NCBI GenBank assembly: GCA_026395965.1
Contig: JAPLXS010000006.1
Span: 184,683 to 231,164, forward strand
Direction: 5' to 3'
DNA from: Candidatus Nomurabacteria bacterium
Lineage (GTDB): Bacteria > Patescibacteriota > Minisyncoccia > Phycocordibacterales > UBA9973
DNA: 46,482 nucleotides
Made by a program: the position numbers and the translations under genes
In this document: piece after piece, positions 1 through 10,219 of the stretch
Position numbering within the stretch: position 1 is the first letter of the stretch
How the letters are laid out: every line of letters starts with the position of its first letter
Notes under the pieces: generated by a model
Database searches by the model: none
Seen by the model: the letters and a program-made list of their open reading frames with translations, nothing else
Told to the model about the DNA's origin: nothing

Positions 1-507
1 TCCCTCCTGATTCCAATTAATAATATCTCCTTCTTTTAACACCTGATTTGATACGCCGACTGAAGCCAATTTTCCATTTATATAGTAAATCCAATATTTC
101 CCTGGTATCCCCTTTATCCCATTTATCTCTGTTATAAAACTTCCCAAACTCGCATTGTCTATATATTTAAAACTGAATGAATTATTAATTCCACTTTCAT
201 TTTCTATCTGTTTCATTGCTTCAAAAACAGAAGTATTTTCTTTTATTTCAGTATTATATTTATTGTCTGAAACTATTAGTGAAACTTTTATAGTTTTAGT
301 CTCTAGGGTATAACTTTTACTTTTTTTAATTGATTCATTATTTATTAATACTTCTTTTTCTGTTTCTATTTTTACTTCATTATGATTTTGCTGGTTTGTA
401 ACAAAAATAGGTAATTCTTTTTGTCGATAAAATACAAATAATATATATATTATTGTAAATAATATTAATCCAATTAATAAATATTGTTTTTTTGTTTTTT
501 TGTTCAT
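1..507 (-). CDS. DUF4430 / transcobalamin-like C-terminal domain protein with N-terminal membrane anchor (3'-partial)
   Basis: Not in ORF track. ATG at 507, MNKKTKKQYLLIGLILF..., frame open to window edge ending KYWIYYINGKLASVGVSNQVLKEGDIINWNQEG, a typical DUF4430 C-terminus; lies downstream of a Cbl riboswitch. Confidence 0.8.
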   Translation of the reverse strand, partial: MNKKTKKQYLLIGLILFTIIYILFVFYRQKELPIFVTNQQNHNEVKIETEKEVLINNESIKKSKSYTLETKTIKVSLIVSDNKYNTEIKENTSVFEAMKQIENESGINNSFSFKYIDNASLGSFITEINGIKGIPGKYWIYYINGKLASVGVSNQVLKEGDIINWNQEG

Positions 508-626
508 CCCGTTAGAGATAGTCCCTCTATTGTCGGGACGTATCTTATTAATTATAATTTATTCATATTTACTTTATTTAAAGTTTTTATTTTTACCTTA
601 AAATTGCGTACACGTCTCTAACGGGA
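507..626. mobile_element. MITE-like element with 12-bp terminal inverted repeats and 4-bp direct repeat
   Basis: TCCCGTTAGAGA (507-518) ... TCTCTAACGGGA (615-626), flanked by TTCA at 503-506 and 627-630. Confidence 0.65.
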
Positions 627-652
627 TTCATCTTTTTTTTATTAAAACCATA

Positions 653-686
653 ATAAAAAGCCCATGCGTGAGCAAGGGCTTTTTAT
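653..686 (-). terminator. Intrinsic terminator, likely riboswitch expression platform
   Basis: Minus strand ATAAAAAGCCC-loop-GGGCTTTTTAT between the riboswitch and the DUF4430 gene. Confidence 0.6.
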
Positions 687-709
687 CTAAAAATATTGAA
701 AGATATTAA

Positions 710-815
710 TCTCCTGCTCGGGAACACCATTATATTAAGACCGGACTTGTCTCCCTTGGGAGCATCACCGTTGCGGCACAGTAGAGGAATCTAACCTCAT
801 TTCCAAATATATTGG
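710..815 (-). ncRNA. Cobalamin riboswitch (compact, class II/variant-like)
   Basis: Minus strand GGAAATGAGGTTAGATTCCTCTACTGTGCCGCAACGGTGAT...AAGTCCGG matches the Cbl core pattern GGAA-GGT..ATTCC-CTG..C.GCAAC.GT.A...AGTC.G; B12 gene context. Confidence 0.85.
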
Positions 816-835
816 GTAAAATTTTAAAAATACAA

Positions 836-1357
836 CTAACCTACGAGCACAACTTTTTCTACAACAACAACTTTCTTTTCTGCTTTGACTGCCCATCTCT
901 CTATAGCTGGTGAGAGCACTATAGCAAAAGAAACATTTCCTAGCAAATGAAGAACTGTAAATGGAATCTGCCCAACCAACGAGACTATAAATGACTGATG
1001 AAAAAATAATGGTCCAATAGTAAGCCCTGTCATTGCATCGTAGAGTATTGTGGCCACTACTGCATAACTAGCATAACTCTTCCAACCAGAGTGGTTTTTA
1101 AAATAATAATTAGCACCTAATCCCATTATTCCGTATGACAAAGCTGTAATGAGTGTCCAGATACCTATTCCTGATGTTACAGAATCATATAGTATGATAC
1201 TAAAGAAACCAAAGACAAATGACATCAATCCCCCATATACCTTACCAAAAGGCATTACAACGCTCATAATAGGCTCTATATTGGGAGCACGAAAAGGTAT
1301 GAGCCTAAAGGCAAAGACAGTAAAAAAAGCTATTGTATATTTAGACCAGTTTTTCAT
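836..1357 (-). CDS. ECF-type S-component, probably cobalamin uptake (CbrT/BtuM-like)
   Basis: 173 aa, about 6 TM segments, PNIEP motif after TM1; between class II RNR and Cbl riboswitch. Confidence 0.7.
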   Translation of the reverse strand: MKNWSKYTIAFFTVFAFRLIPFRAPNIEPIMSVVMPFGKVYGGLMSFVFGFFSIILYDSVTSGIGIWTLITALSYGIMGLGANYYFKNHSGWKSYASYAVVATILYDAMTGLTIGPLFFHQSFIVSLVGQIPFTVLHLLGNVSFAIVLSPAIERWAVKAEKKVVVVEKVVLVG

Positions 1358-1511
1358 TCTTAATTCTTAATTCTTAATTCTTAATTCTTAATTCTTAATT
1401 CTTAATTCTTAATTCTTAATTCTTAATTCTTAATTCTTAATTCTTAATTCTTCTTAATTCTTAATTCTTAATTCTTAATTCTTAATTCTTAATTCTTAAT
1501 TCTTAATTCTT
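1357..1511. repeat. Heptanucleotide tandem repeat (TTCTTAA)n
   Basis: 13 units (1357-1447) + TTC + 8 units (1451-1506) + TTCTT; fills the whole intergenic space. Confidence 0.97.
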
Positions 1512-3851
1512 TTAGACTATATCACAAACTCCAGAAACGCAAGCGAGTTCTCTTTTTACTTCAGTTTCATCTTTTATTTCATAAGTAACAATTTTAGAAA
1601 AATCAAAGTCTGGCATCTTGCTAACTAGTTCGTTGTATGTTTTTTCATCTATTGCCTCATAAGGAGCAAGTTGGTAAACATGGTTTGTACGTGGTAGGAA
1701 TGAAAGTCCTCCAACAATATCCCAGTTTTGATACAACCAGTGCGCTACTTGAATCCATTCATTTTCTCCAACTGAAATAGTTACAGATGGATTGTGTTCA
1801 GTATAATTTACTTTTACTACTTTCCAGTGTTCAAGTTGATCAAGAGCAGATATGTCATCTTTACATATGGCATCTGCTGGTGCTTTCATTGGAAATTCTA
1901 AAACAAAAGTATTTGCATCATCATGAGTCTGACCAACTTCAGGATTATAAGGTACTCCTTGGTCTTTCATCATTTTAAAAAGTGAATCAGTTGCTGAAAT
2001 ACGAACACGGCGAATATAGTAAGGTGCATGTCGTGGATGCATACCAGATGAACAGTCTACTGTTTGAGAAACCGTTCCAGAAGGTTTAACAGCTGTAATA
2101 CAAGTAGATTCATTTACACCAAAACGCTTAGCATATATTTTATTTACACGAATAGATTCAAGTCGAAGTTTGGTTAGCATTTGTGGATCACGTGAAAGTT
2201 TTGAATCCCATTGTCCGGTAACAGAAACACCAAGCAATCTTTCGTCCTCACAGTTATTGCGCCACTCTTTAGACAAATAACCAAACTTTGTAAGAGTAGA
2301 TTGGTATGTTCCAAGAATTGTAGCAACACGAATCTTTCTCATTAGATCTTCTTCTGTATCCTCAGCACGAGCTACTACTTCAGATAAGTTACAAAACTGT
2401 CTTGAACGAAGAATAATTTCTCCACAAGGATTTGTTCCCATTTCTCCAATATAATCTTTCGAAACTTCAACACGGCGTTTAGGAAGTGAAGTATATAGAG
2501 AACCACGATTGAATATTCCTCTTTCTCCTGAACCTGATTCCATAAGAGAAATCCATTCTTTTAGAAATTCTGTTTCTGTTGGTTTTGTATTGTACACAGC
2601 TGAGTTATTTGCAAGCATACGTTGCCCTTCATTAACCCAAAATTGTCCATTTTTGGAATCACGCATATCTTGATCGTCTAAATCAGATAGTGAGATAAGA
2701 GCACTTCGACGTACTCCGCCAGAAACTACACATTCGCCAATCTTACATATGATATCGTGGGCGTCTATATTACGAAGATGTCTTCCTTGTCTGCGTAAAA
2801 TGCGATCACGTGTAAAACCAAGAAGATTTATAAGTGGTTGTGGACCTGAACTTTTGCCTCCCATTATTTTAAGACGTGCTCCAGCTGGACGAAGCAAAGA
2901 AAAATCAAAATCTACATCATTTCCATCAAACCAAGTCTTCATACCAAAAACAAAAGCATCTGCCCAACCCTCTTTATTGTCGGGAACTACGTATGTAGAT
3001 ATTTTTTTACTTGATTGAATTTTAATCTGAGGCAATGATTGTATGTTTTTACTTTCAACAGAAAACCCTACTCCTGTACCACACATTGAAATATAAATAA
3101 TATCTCCAAAATCTTGAAATGTAGATGGTGCTACGAACGAACAGTTGTATGCGCATACATTTGTCTTCTCAGCTGCTGCTCCAGCAAACTGTAGTAATCT
3201 CATTGATGGCATTGCTTCTTGGTTTAGAATTGCTTCTCTGACTTCTGTATATTCAGACTCTTTGAGGGCGTTACCAATATTACCTCTCATAAAGTTTATA
3301 TATCTGTCTACTGTTTCAATCCATGTCTCACGTCTTCCCTCTTCTTCTATCCACTTTGCATAGGTACGATAATACACGAATTCAGAAAGAGGATTTCTAA
3401 AATATTTTTTACTCTCGTCTGTTAACTTTTTTACTCTCTCTGGAACTGAAACTCCGTGAGCACGAAGACGAGCTCTTTCTTGTCTGTAAAGAATGTAGTT
3501 TTTAGATGTTTGAATATAATCACAAAGCATCAGTTGTTTTTCTACCGTATCCTGAAGGATCTCAACTGTTGGTGTAAAATCCTTGTTATCCTTGGATATT
3601 TTAGAAATTTCAGACTCCACCTTTTTAGTAACTTCTACTGCTTCATCTTGTGAGCCTTCACCTCCTGCAAGCATAGCTTTATTAATAGCATTAGTAATTT
3701 TTCCAGCATCAAAAGGAACAATTGTTCCATCTCTTTTCTGAACGCCCTTAATAAAATTATTCTTAATAACTTTTAGTATGTTTTTTTTCACTGATTTTTT
3801 TTCTTTATCTACTATTATCTTTTTACTTGGCACTTTCTTTTTTGAAGACAT
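1512..3851 (-). CDS. nrdJ: Class II (adenosylcobalamin-dependent) ribonucleotide reductase with N-terminal ATP cone
   Basis: ATP cone (VQKRDG..FD..KI), RTYAKW..RRETW, NPCGE active site, VKPSGT, C-terminal CVSGVC redox tail; no nrdB nearby. Confidence 0.9.
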   Translation of the reverse strand: MSSKKKVPSKKIIVDKEKKSVKKNILKVIKNNFIKGVQKRDGTIVPFDAGKITNAINKAMLAGGEGSQDEAVEVTKKVESEISKISKDNKDFTPTVEILQDTVEKQLMLCDYIQTSKNYILYRQERARLRAHGVSVPERVKKLTDESKKYFRNPLSEFVYYRTYAKWIEEEGRRETWIETVDRYINFMRGNIGNALKESEYTEVREAILNQEAMPSMRLLQFAGAAAEKTNVCAYNCSFVAPSTFQDFGDIIYISMCGTGVGFSVESKNIQSLPQIKIQSSKKISTYVVPDNKEGWADAFVFGMKTWFDGNDVDFDFSLLRPAGARLKIMGGKSSGPQPLINLLGFTRDRILRRQGRHLRNIDAHDIICKIGECVVSGGVRRSALISLSDLDDQDMRDSKNGQFWVNEGQRMLANNSAVYNTKPTETEFLKEWISLMESGSGERGIFNRGSLYTSLPKRRVEVSKDYIGEMGTNPCGEIILRSRQFCNLSEVVARAEDTEEDLMRKIRVATILGTYQSTLTKFGYLSKEWRNNCEDERLLGVSVTGQWDSKLSRDPQMLTKLRLESIRVNKIYAKRFGVNESTCITAVKPSGTVSQTVDCSSGMHPRHAPYYIRRVRISATDSLFKMMKDQGVPYNPEVGQTHDDANTFVLEFPMKAPADAICKDDISALDQLEHWKVVKVNYTEHNPSVTISVGENEWIQVAHWLYQNWDIVGGLSFLPRTNHVYQLAPYEAIDEKTYNELVSKMPDFDFSKIVTYEIKDETEVKRELACVSGVCDIV

Positions 3852-4139
3852 ATTTTTTTAATTTAATTAATAATGTTGCCTAGTTCTATACTTGGACGCT
3901 TATTATACCCTTGCTTGAAGTTCAACCGCAAGCAAATTTATAACAAAATTAACACTATGTAAAAATATAAGAAATCCGTCAACCCTTACACACAAAATCC
4001 TCAAAAAGTGCCCTTAGAGTACTACCAATTAAGGATATTTTTTATTCTAAAAAAGAACAGTTACTTTATATTTAAAAAACTTAAAAAATAATATTTTTAT
4101 GGCTTTTTTTTGTACTAAAAAAATGTATAATACTCACAT

Positions 4140-5066
4140 ATGCAAATAGGAACAATAATAATCACAGTTTTAGGTCTTTGTCTTTTTGAAATTATCTCAA
4201 GTATAGACAATGCAGTTATAAATGCTGAGGTTTTAAGCACAATGAGCAAGCGTGCTCAAAAATGGTTTATGCTTTGGGGTTTCTTTTTTGCCGTTTTTAT
4301 CATTAGAGGACTTTTACCATGGGTTATAATTTGGGCTACAATGCCAGAACTTGGACCGATTGGTTCTTTTACGGCTGCATTTTCAAATGATCCAAGCGTA
4401 CATACTGCCATCGAAAAATCTGCTCCTATTTTACTTCTAGGTGGTGGTGTATTTTTAATGTTTTTATTCTTTCATTGGTTATTTCTTGAAACAAAGAATT
4501 TCGGATTACGCCATGAAAAATTCTTCTATAAAAATGGTGTTTGGTTTTTTGCAGTTGTGTCTATATTACTAGCAACTATTGTTTGGTATTCACTAAAAAT
4601 AAACCCAATGCTTGCATTCTCTGCTGTTATTGGTTCAACTGCATTTTTTATAACTCATGGATTCAAAGAAAATGCTGAAAAAGGTGAACAGAAGCTACTA
4701 AACAAAGAAAATAAAATGAGTGATATTAGTAAAATTCTTTATCTTGAAATAATAGATGCTACTTTCTCTATAGACGGAGTTCTTGGTGCTTTTGCTTTTA
4801 CACTTTCTGTTCCTCTTATTATATTAGGAAATGGACTTGGTGCATTTATTTTACGTAAACTTACCATAGGAAATATTGATAGGATTAAAAAATATTCATA
4901 TTTAAAAAATGGAGCTATGTATTCTATCTTTATCCTAGGAGTAGTAATGCTTGTAGATGCTTTTGGAATGAAGATCCCTTCTTATGTATCTCCTCTTCTT
5001 ACCTTTATTATAATTGGTTATTTTGTTATAAAATCATTAAATAAAAACAAAGAGGTTGTAATTTAA
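4140..5066 (+). CDS. DUF475 / TerC-superfamily membrane protein
   Basis: E..SSIDNAVINA and YLEIIDATFSIDGVLGAFA motifs, multi-TM. Confidence 0.8.
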   Translation: MQIGTIIITVLGLCLFEIISSIDNAVINAEVLSTMSKRAQKWFMLWGFFFAVFIIRGLLPWVIIWATMPELGPIGSFTAAFSNDPSVHTAIEKSAPILLLGGGVFLMFLFFHWLFLETKNFGLRHEKFFYKNGVWFFAVVSILLATIVWYSLKINPMLAFSAVIGSTAFFITHGFKENAEKGEQKLLNKENKMSDISKILYLEIIDATFSIDGVLGAFAFTLSVPLIILGNGLGAFILRKLTIGNIDRIKKYSYLKNGAMYSIFILGVVMLVDAFGMKIPSYVSPLLTFIIIGYFVIKSLNKNKEVVI

Positions 5067-5104
5067 ACAACTAATTTCATAACCCCAAAATATCAATAGA
5101 TATT

Positions 5105-6889
5105 CTATATTACCTCTTCATCTTTATTAAATCCTCCTGCTTGTAAGTTCCAAAGTTTTTTATAAACACCAGAATCTATGTTTATGAGTTCTTCGTGGGT
5201 ATCATCTTCTATTATTTTTCCATCCTCAATAACAATTATTCTATCCATTTCTTTGATAGTTGAAAGACGATGAGCAATAACTATTGTTGTTTTATTTTTT
5301 ATTAGATTATGAAGTGCGTCCTGAATAAGAACCTCTGATTCTGAATCAAGGGCTGATGTTGCCTCATCTAGAACCAATATTGGTGCATTTCTTAGTATGG
5401 CACGAGCTATTGCTACACGTTGACGCTCTCCACCGGAAAGCTTGGTTCCCCGTTCTCCAACATAAGTATTATAACCGTTTGGTAACTTATCTATAAATTT
5501 ATCACAGTGAGCCAAATGAGCTGCATTTTTGACCTCATCATCAGTAGCATCTCTTCTACCATAACGTATGTTTTCCATCAATGAACGATGAAACAAAACT
5601 GGATCTTGTGGAACAAAGGCAATTTGCTCACGTAGGTTTTTCTGAGAGATAGAACTAATATCTATTCCATCTATTAATATTTTTCCTGATGTCGTGTTAA
5701 ACAACCTCATAAGAAGATTCACAAATGTTGATTTACCTGCACCAGACGAACCTACTATAGCTATTTTTTGACCAGCTGTAATTTTAATAGAAAAATTATC
5801 AAATATTTTTGTTTTATTTTTGTCATAAACATAAACAACATTGTCGAACACCACTTCTCCTTTTACATTCATTAGAGTGTTTATTGTGTTGTCTTCTACC
5901 CCATATGGCATATCTAAAACTAGTGCCATTTCTTGAGCATCAGCAAAACCATCATAGAAAGTTCTAACTATACTAGCAAAACTCCAAAGATTTTCTGTTA
6001 AGCGACCTAAATAATTTTGAATAAGGACCAAAAGCGGTAATGTAACCATTCCCAATTTCCAGTCCCCTATTGCCATCCAAAAAACAATAAATTCCATAAT
6101 TATAAAATAAAAACTTTGAATAGATCCTAGTCCTTCCCATAAATACCAATTAAAAACTGTTGCTACTTTTTGCTTTTCAATCACACTACCCACACGCTTC
6201 ACCTCGTAATCATGCCCGGCAAAAAGTTGAATAGAGGAATGATTACTTATAGAATCAGCCAATGCTCCGGTTGTTTTTGTATCAGCAGAAGCAGCAATAA
6301 TATCGTATTTAAGTTTAAATCTTGTATAAACTAATGCTGTTACCATAAACACCAAACAAAAAGCGGTTAAAACATATGAGTATTTAGGGACCAATGTATA
6401 AATTGCAATGATTGTTCCTATTGATCTTACTAAAAGTGGAAGTCCATCATTTACTAACCTGTCCATCAATCTTTCAAAAGACTTGGCGTATTTATTTATT
6501 TTCTGGGTAAGTGAACCTCCAAAATTATTTGCAAAGAAGGCATTTGAATGTCCGATCATTTTAGTAAATGCCTGCTCTCGTAGTTTTGCCATGACGCTAG
6601 ATTGAAAATACGAATTTGTAAAACCTACAGTTCTCCTAAGAATCCAACGAATAAACCCAAGTATAAATATCATTATAATAATATTTTGGGCATTCGAGAC
6701 TAAGTTAAAATTGTTTGTATTTAAAATATTCCAAAGTTTTAAAAATTGAAGTGGTATATAGATATCCAAACCCGCAGAAAATATAGAACCAAATATAATA
6801 ACAAAAAACGCAATTTTAAAATTACGCATAACTTGCCAAAAATATTTGATAACAAGTGCTTTATGCAGATTTGAATAATCTTTTTCCAT
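5105..6889 (-). CDS. ABC exporter, fused permease/ATP-binding
   Basis: N-terminal TMD; Walker A GSSGAGKS, LSGGERQR signature, LVLDEATSALD, IAHRLST. Confidence 0.92.
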   Translation of the reverse strand: MEKDYSNLHKALVIKYFWQVMRNFKIAFFVIIFGSIFSAGLDIYIPLQFLKLWNILNTNNFNLVSNAQNIIIMIFILGFIRWILRRTVGFTNSYFQSSVMAKLREQAFTKMIGHSNAFFANNFGGSLTQKINKYAKSFERLMDRLVNDGLPLLVRSIGTIIAIYTLVPKYSYVLTAFCLVFMVTALVYTRFKLKYDIIAASADTKTTGALADSISNHSSIQLFAGHDYEVKRVGSVIEKQKVATVFNWYLWEGLGSIQSFYFIIMEFIVFWMAIGDWKLGMVTLPLLVLIQNYLGRLTENLWSFASIVRTFYDGFADAQEMALVLDMPYGVEDNTINTLMNVKGEVVFDNVVYVYDKNKTKIFDNFSIKITAGQKIAIVGSSGAGKSTFVNLLMRLFNTTSGKILIDGIDISSISQKNLREQIAFVPQDPVLFHRSLMENIRYGRRDATDDEVKNAAHLAHCDKFIDKLPNGYNTYVGERGTKLSGGERQRVAIARAILRNAPILVLDEATSALDSESEVLIQDALHNLIKNKTTIVIAHRLSTIKEMDRIIVIEDGKIIEDDTHEELINIDSGVYKKLWNLQAGGFNKDEEVI

Positions 6890-7060
6890 GACGTTAAAAA
6901 TAAGAAATATTTAAATTTCTTTATATAAACTTATAATTATCTCAATACTACTTTTCTAAATTTACACATTAAAGACAAAGAATATTTTGAAACACTAAAA
7001 ATAAACAAAGGGTTTTAAACTTTTTTTATTATAACATATAAGTGAATAATTTCAAATATA

Positions 7061-9001
7061 TTATTTTTTGTTGAGTTTTACTCCACGAACCAAAGCTCCC
7101 AATAAAATACTGAGTTTCATTGTAGCTACACCTACAACCTTGTCTGCTCCCCCGTAATAGATATGCAACAATTTACCTTTAACTGCCATTCCACAAGGAA
7201 AAACTACATTGTTTACAATTCCAATTTTTTCATATTCTTCTACTGGTTCAAAAATAGAATCAGAAGAACGAGCTATTACAATAGCTGGATCTTTCAAATC
7301 AAGCAATACAACTCCCATTCTGTAAGTATTATTACTCTTTGAAACTCCATGATAAAGCAACAACCATCCATATTTTGTTTTTATTGGTGGGGCAGAAATT
7401 CCAACTTTCAAACTATCCCATGTATTCATGCGTGGTCCCATAATACGAACACATTTTTTAACTGTCTCCTTTTCAAAATCAAGTGATTTTAAATAGTCTC
7501 CACATATTTCATTCCCTACTCTATGAATAACAAAATAGCCATCTTTTAATTTTTCAGGAAAAATACAAGTATCTTTATCATCTAGTCCTGGAGGCGTGAT
7601 AAGAATAGGTTTGCTCCAGTTCCATTTATGAGCAATAAAATCTGAAACGGAAATAGAGGAAGCTGCAACCCTTGGTGGTCCGATACTATCATAAGCTGTA
7701 TAACACATATAAATTTTTTGCTCTATTTGAACAATACGAGGGTCTTCACATCCAGAATTTCCATTAGGTATCTTTTTAATCTCAAAATCTTCTCTTGGTA
7801 CATATATAGGGTCTGGAAATCTCTCGTCTATTATAAAACCATCAAGGCTCGAAGCATATCCTATATATGAAGTATTATCATTAGAAAGAGTTCTATATAA
7901 AATATGAACTTTGTTGTCTAAGTATATAGCTGCTGGGTTAAAAGTTGCAGTTGATTCCCATCCGTTTTCACCTTTCGGGCTTATTATTGGATTTGATAGT
8001 CCCCTTTTAAAACTATAGTCAACAGCAGTTTCTATATACATACTTGATATCAAATCACTCAAGGAAACATGTGCTAGACATGTAGTAGTATCGGCTGCTC
8101 CATAATAAATACTGAGCTTGTCTTTTTCAACTAGAGCACCGGTAGGAAAAACAACATTTGAAATATAACCTGATAATTCATATGATTCCTCTGGTGCCAA
8201 TATAGGCTCTTTTGTTCTACCTATTATTTTTGATGGATCACTAGAATCAAGCAATAATGCTTCTATGCCAAAAACACGGTCTGCTCCGTCAGGTGATGGG
8301 AAATAATTTTGAATATGAGAATATATAAGCAACCAACCATATTTAGTTTTAATAGGAGGACAACCTATCTCTAAATGGTCGTATTCATTGCGACGAAAAT
8401 CTACAGTATGTTGATCTATATTATTTTCCCATTCTTCCCAAAAAGATTTATCCCACAATTGTTCTATTTTATCAAATTGAGCAATAGATACTTTTGCTGG
8501 TGGTTTGTCTGTATAAGCAGAAAAAATAACTGTTATCTTTCCATTTATTCTTTCAGGAAAAAGTGTCATAGCTTTTGCATTAAAAGGAGTTACAAGATGG
8601 CGCTCATCAACCTTTTTTAAATCTTTGGAAACAGCAACCGCTACTTTTATATTATCAGATGAAAAAGGAAAACCTGAAAGTGCTGTATAAAATATATAAT
8701 ATTTTCCTTCAAAATGAGTTACTCTTGGGTCTTCACATCCATGCATATCAAATAATTCTTCTGGTTCAAGAAAAGGTGCTCGGTCTGTAAAATGAACACC
8801 ATCTTTACTCTTACCAAAACCAATAATTGAAGTTTGTTTCTGTGTTACTATTTTATCTACAGCAGAAATAGCTCGATAAAAACCATATATTGTTTTACCT
8901 TTTTTAACAGGACACATATTGAATGCTGCAAACCCTTCCCAGTAATGATCTTTATTGGGAGTAAGTATAGGGTTATCTTCAAATCTTTTTACTACATACA
9001 T
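7061..9001 (-). CDS. GH130-family glycosidase/mannoside phosphorylase with two tandem domains
   Basis: Two copies of NPI...FN...GCEDPR...YTA...PPIKT.YGWL..Y...NVVFP...YYG.AD. Confidence 0.85.
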   Translation of the reverse strand: MYVVKRFEDNPILTPNKDHYWEGFAAFNMCPVKKGKTIYGFYRAISAVDKIVTQKQTSIIGFGKSKDGVHFTDRAPFLEPEELFDMHGCEDPRVTHFEGKYYIFYTALSGFPFSSDNIKVAVAVSKDLKKVDERHLVTPFNAKAMTLFPERINGKITVIFSAYTDKPPAKVSIAQFDKIEQLWDKSFWEEWENNIDQHTVDFRRNEYDHLEIGCPPIKTKYGWLLIYSHIQNYFPSPDGADRVFGIEALLLDSSDPSKIIGRTKEPILAPEESYELSGYISNVVFPTGALVEKDKLSIYYGAADTTTCLAHVSLSDLISSMYIETAVDYSFKRGLSNPIISPKGENGWESTATFNPAAIYLDNKVHILYRTLSNDNTSYIGYASSLDGFIIDERFPDPIYVPREDFEIKKIPNGNSGCEDPRIVQIEQKIYMCYTAYDSIGPPRVAASSISVSDFIAHKWNWSKPILITPPGLDDKDTCIFPEKLKDGYFVIHRVGNEICGDYLKSLDFEKETVKKCVRIMGPRMNTWDSLKVGISAPPIKTKYGWLLLYHGVSKSNNTYRMGVVLLDLKDPAIVIARSSDSIFEPVEEYEKIGIVNNVVFPCGMAVKGKLLHIYYGGADKVVGVATMKLSILLGALVRGVKLNKK

Positions 9002-9005
9002 ATTT

Positions 9006-10214
9006 TTATTTTTTCTTACTTTTTACTAATTTTATATCTACATCTTTCTTAAGGTCATCAATCAATTCTTTCAGGTTTATAGAGGCAACACAGACAAATT
9101 TATCTGCTCCTCCATAGTATACAAATAATTCTCCGTTTTTAACAACTGCTCCGCAAGAATAAATAACCCCCCATTTATGTCCATTGTTTTCATAATCTTC
9201 TTCTGGTTCAAGGATAGGATTTTTTGATCTATATATAACTTTTGTTGGGTCATTTAAATCAAGTAATAGTGCACCTAGCCTGTATCTATCTGGGTTTTTA
9301 TGATCCATAGCATGATACAAAATAAGCCAACCATCTTTTGTTTTTATTGGTGATGGTCCGATTCCACGGAACCAACTATCCCAACCACGACTGTGGTCAA
9401 TAGGCCTGGTATTGTTACTCTTTATAAATGTCTTTCCATCAAGCTCATCTAAGCTATCAAAACAACTAATTAAAATATTTGGATAAACACTATGGATTAT
9501 TGCAAATTTACCATTTATACGTTCTGGAAAAAGAACCCAGTTTTTATTTATCTCTCCAACAGGAGAAATCATAACTGCTTTTTTCCAATTCCATTTTTTC
9601 TTTTTAAAATTAGAAAGTGAAATAGATGTTAATGCTAAACGAACTGAACCCCATCCGTCAAAAGCTGTAAATATCATATAGATGGTATCTTCAATAAGTA
9701 CCACTCTTGGGTCCTCACAACCTCCACTCCACCCACCACCAGATAGGTAGTCTATTTTGGGACCAGATTCAGTATAATTAAAAAATCTTTTATAGATATG
9801 ATATGTTGGTCTACCTTCAATATTTAACCCATCATTTGAAAAAGCATATCCCAATACAGATGAGTCATCCTCCCCTACTGCTCTATATATAATATGAACT
9901 TTTCCATCATATTCAAAAGCTGTTGGATTAAATGTGGCTTTTGATTCCCATGAATACAAACTAGGTTCTATTATTGGATTATGTTGAACTTTTTTTAATT
10001 TAATATTTTTTTCTTTTAAAACTTTATTTGCTTTAGGGATAATTTTAATTTTGAGAATTTTTTTTGTACTTTTTATTTTTTTAAAAGTTAAAACTTTTTT
10101 TATCTTTTCTACAATTCCTTTTGATTTTTTTATTTTTACAGGAATAATATCAACAATTTTAGATTTATTTTTTAAACTAGGTTCTTTTATTATTTTATTT
10201 TTTGATATTTTCAT
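9006..10214 (-). CDS. GH130-family glycosidase/phosphorylase with Lys-rich N-terminal extension
   Basis: NPII..WES.ATFNP, GCEDPR, NKNWVLFP, PIKT.DGWL.LYH, YYGGAD. Confidence 0.85.
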   Translation of the reverse strand: MKISKNKIIKEPSLKNKSKIVDIIPVKIKKSKGIVEKIKKVLTFKKIKSTKKILKIKIIPKANKVLKEKNIKLKKVQHNPIIEPSLYSWESKATFNPTAFEYDGKVHIIYRAVGEDDSSVLGYAFSNDGLNIEGRPTYHIYKRFFNYTESGPKIDYLSGGGWSGGCEDPRVVLIEDTIYMIFTAFDGWGSVRLALTSISLSNFKKKKWNWKKAVMISPVGEINKNWVLFPERINGKFAIIHSVYPNILISCFDSLDELDGKTFIKSNNTRPIDHSRGWDSWFRGIGPSPIKTKDGWLILYHAMDHKNPDRYRLGALLLDLNDPTKVIYRSKNPILEPEEDYENNGHKWGVIYSCGAVVKNGELFVYYGGADKFVCVASINLKELIDDLKKDVDIKLVKSKKK

Positions 10215-10219
10215 AAAAA

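Noticed and set aside
3860-4130. NrdR box upstream of nrdJ
   Set aside because: Only a partial ACACTAT match near 3952; no convincing 16-bp palindromic pair.
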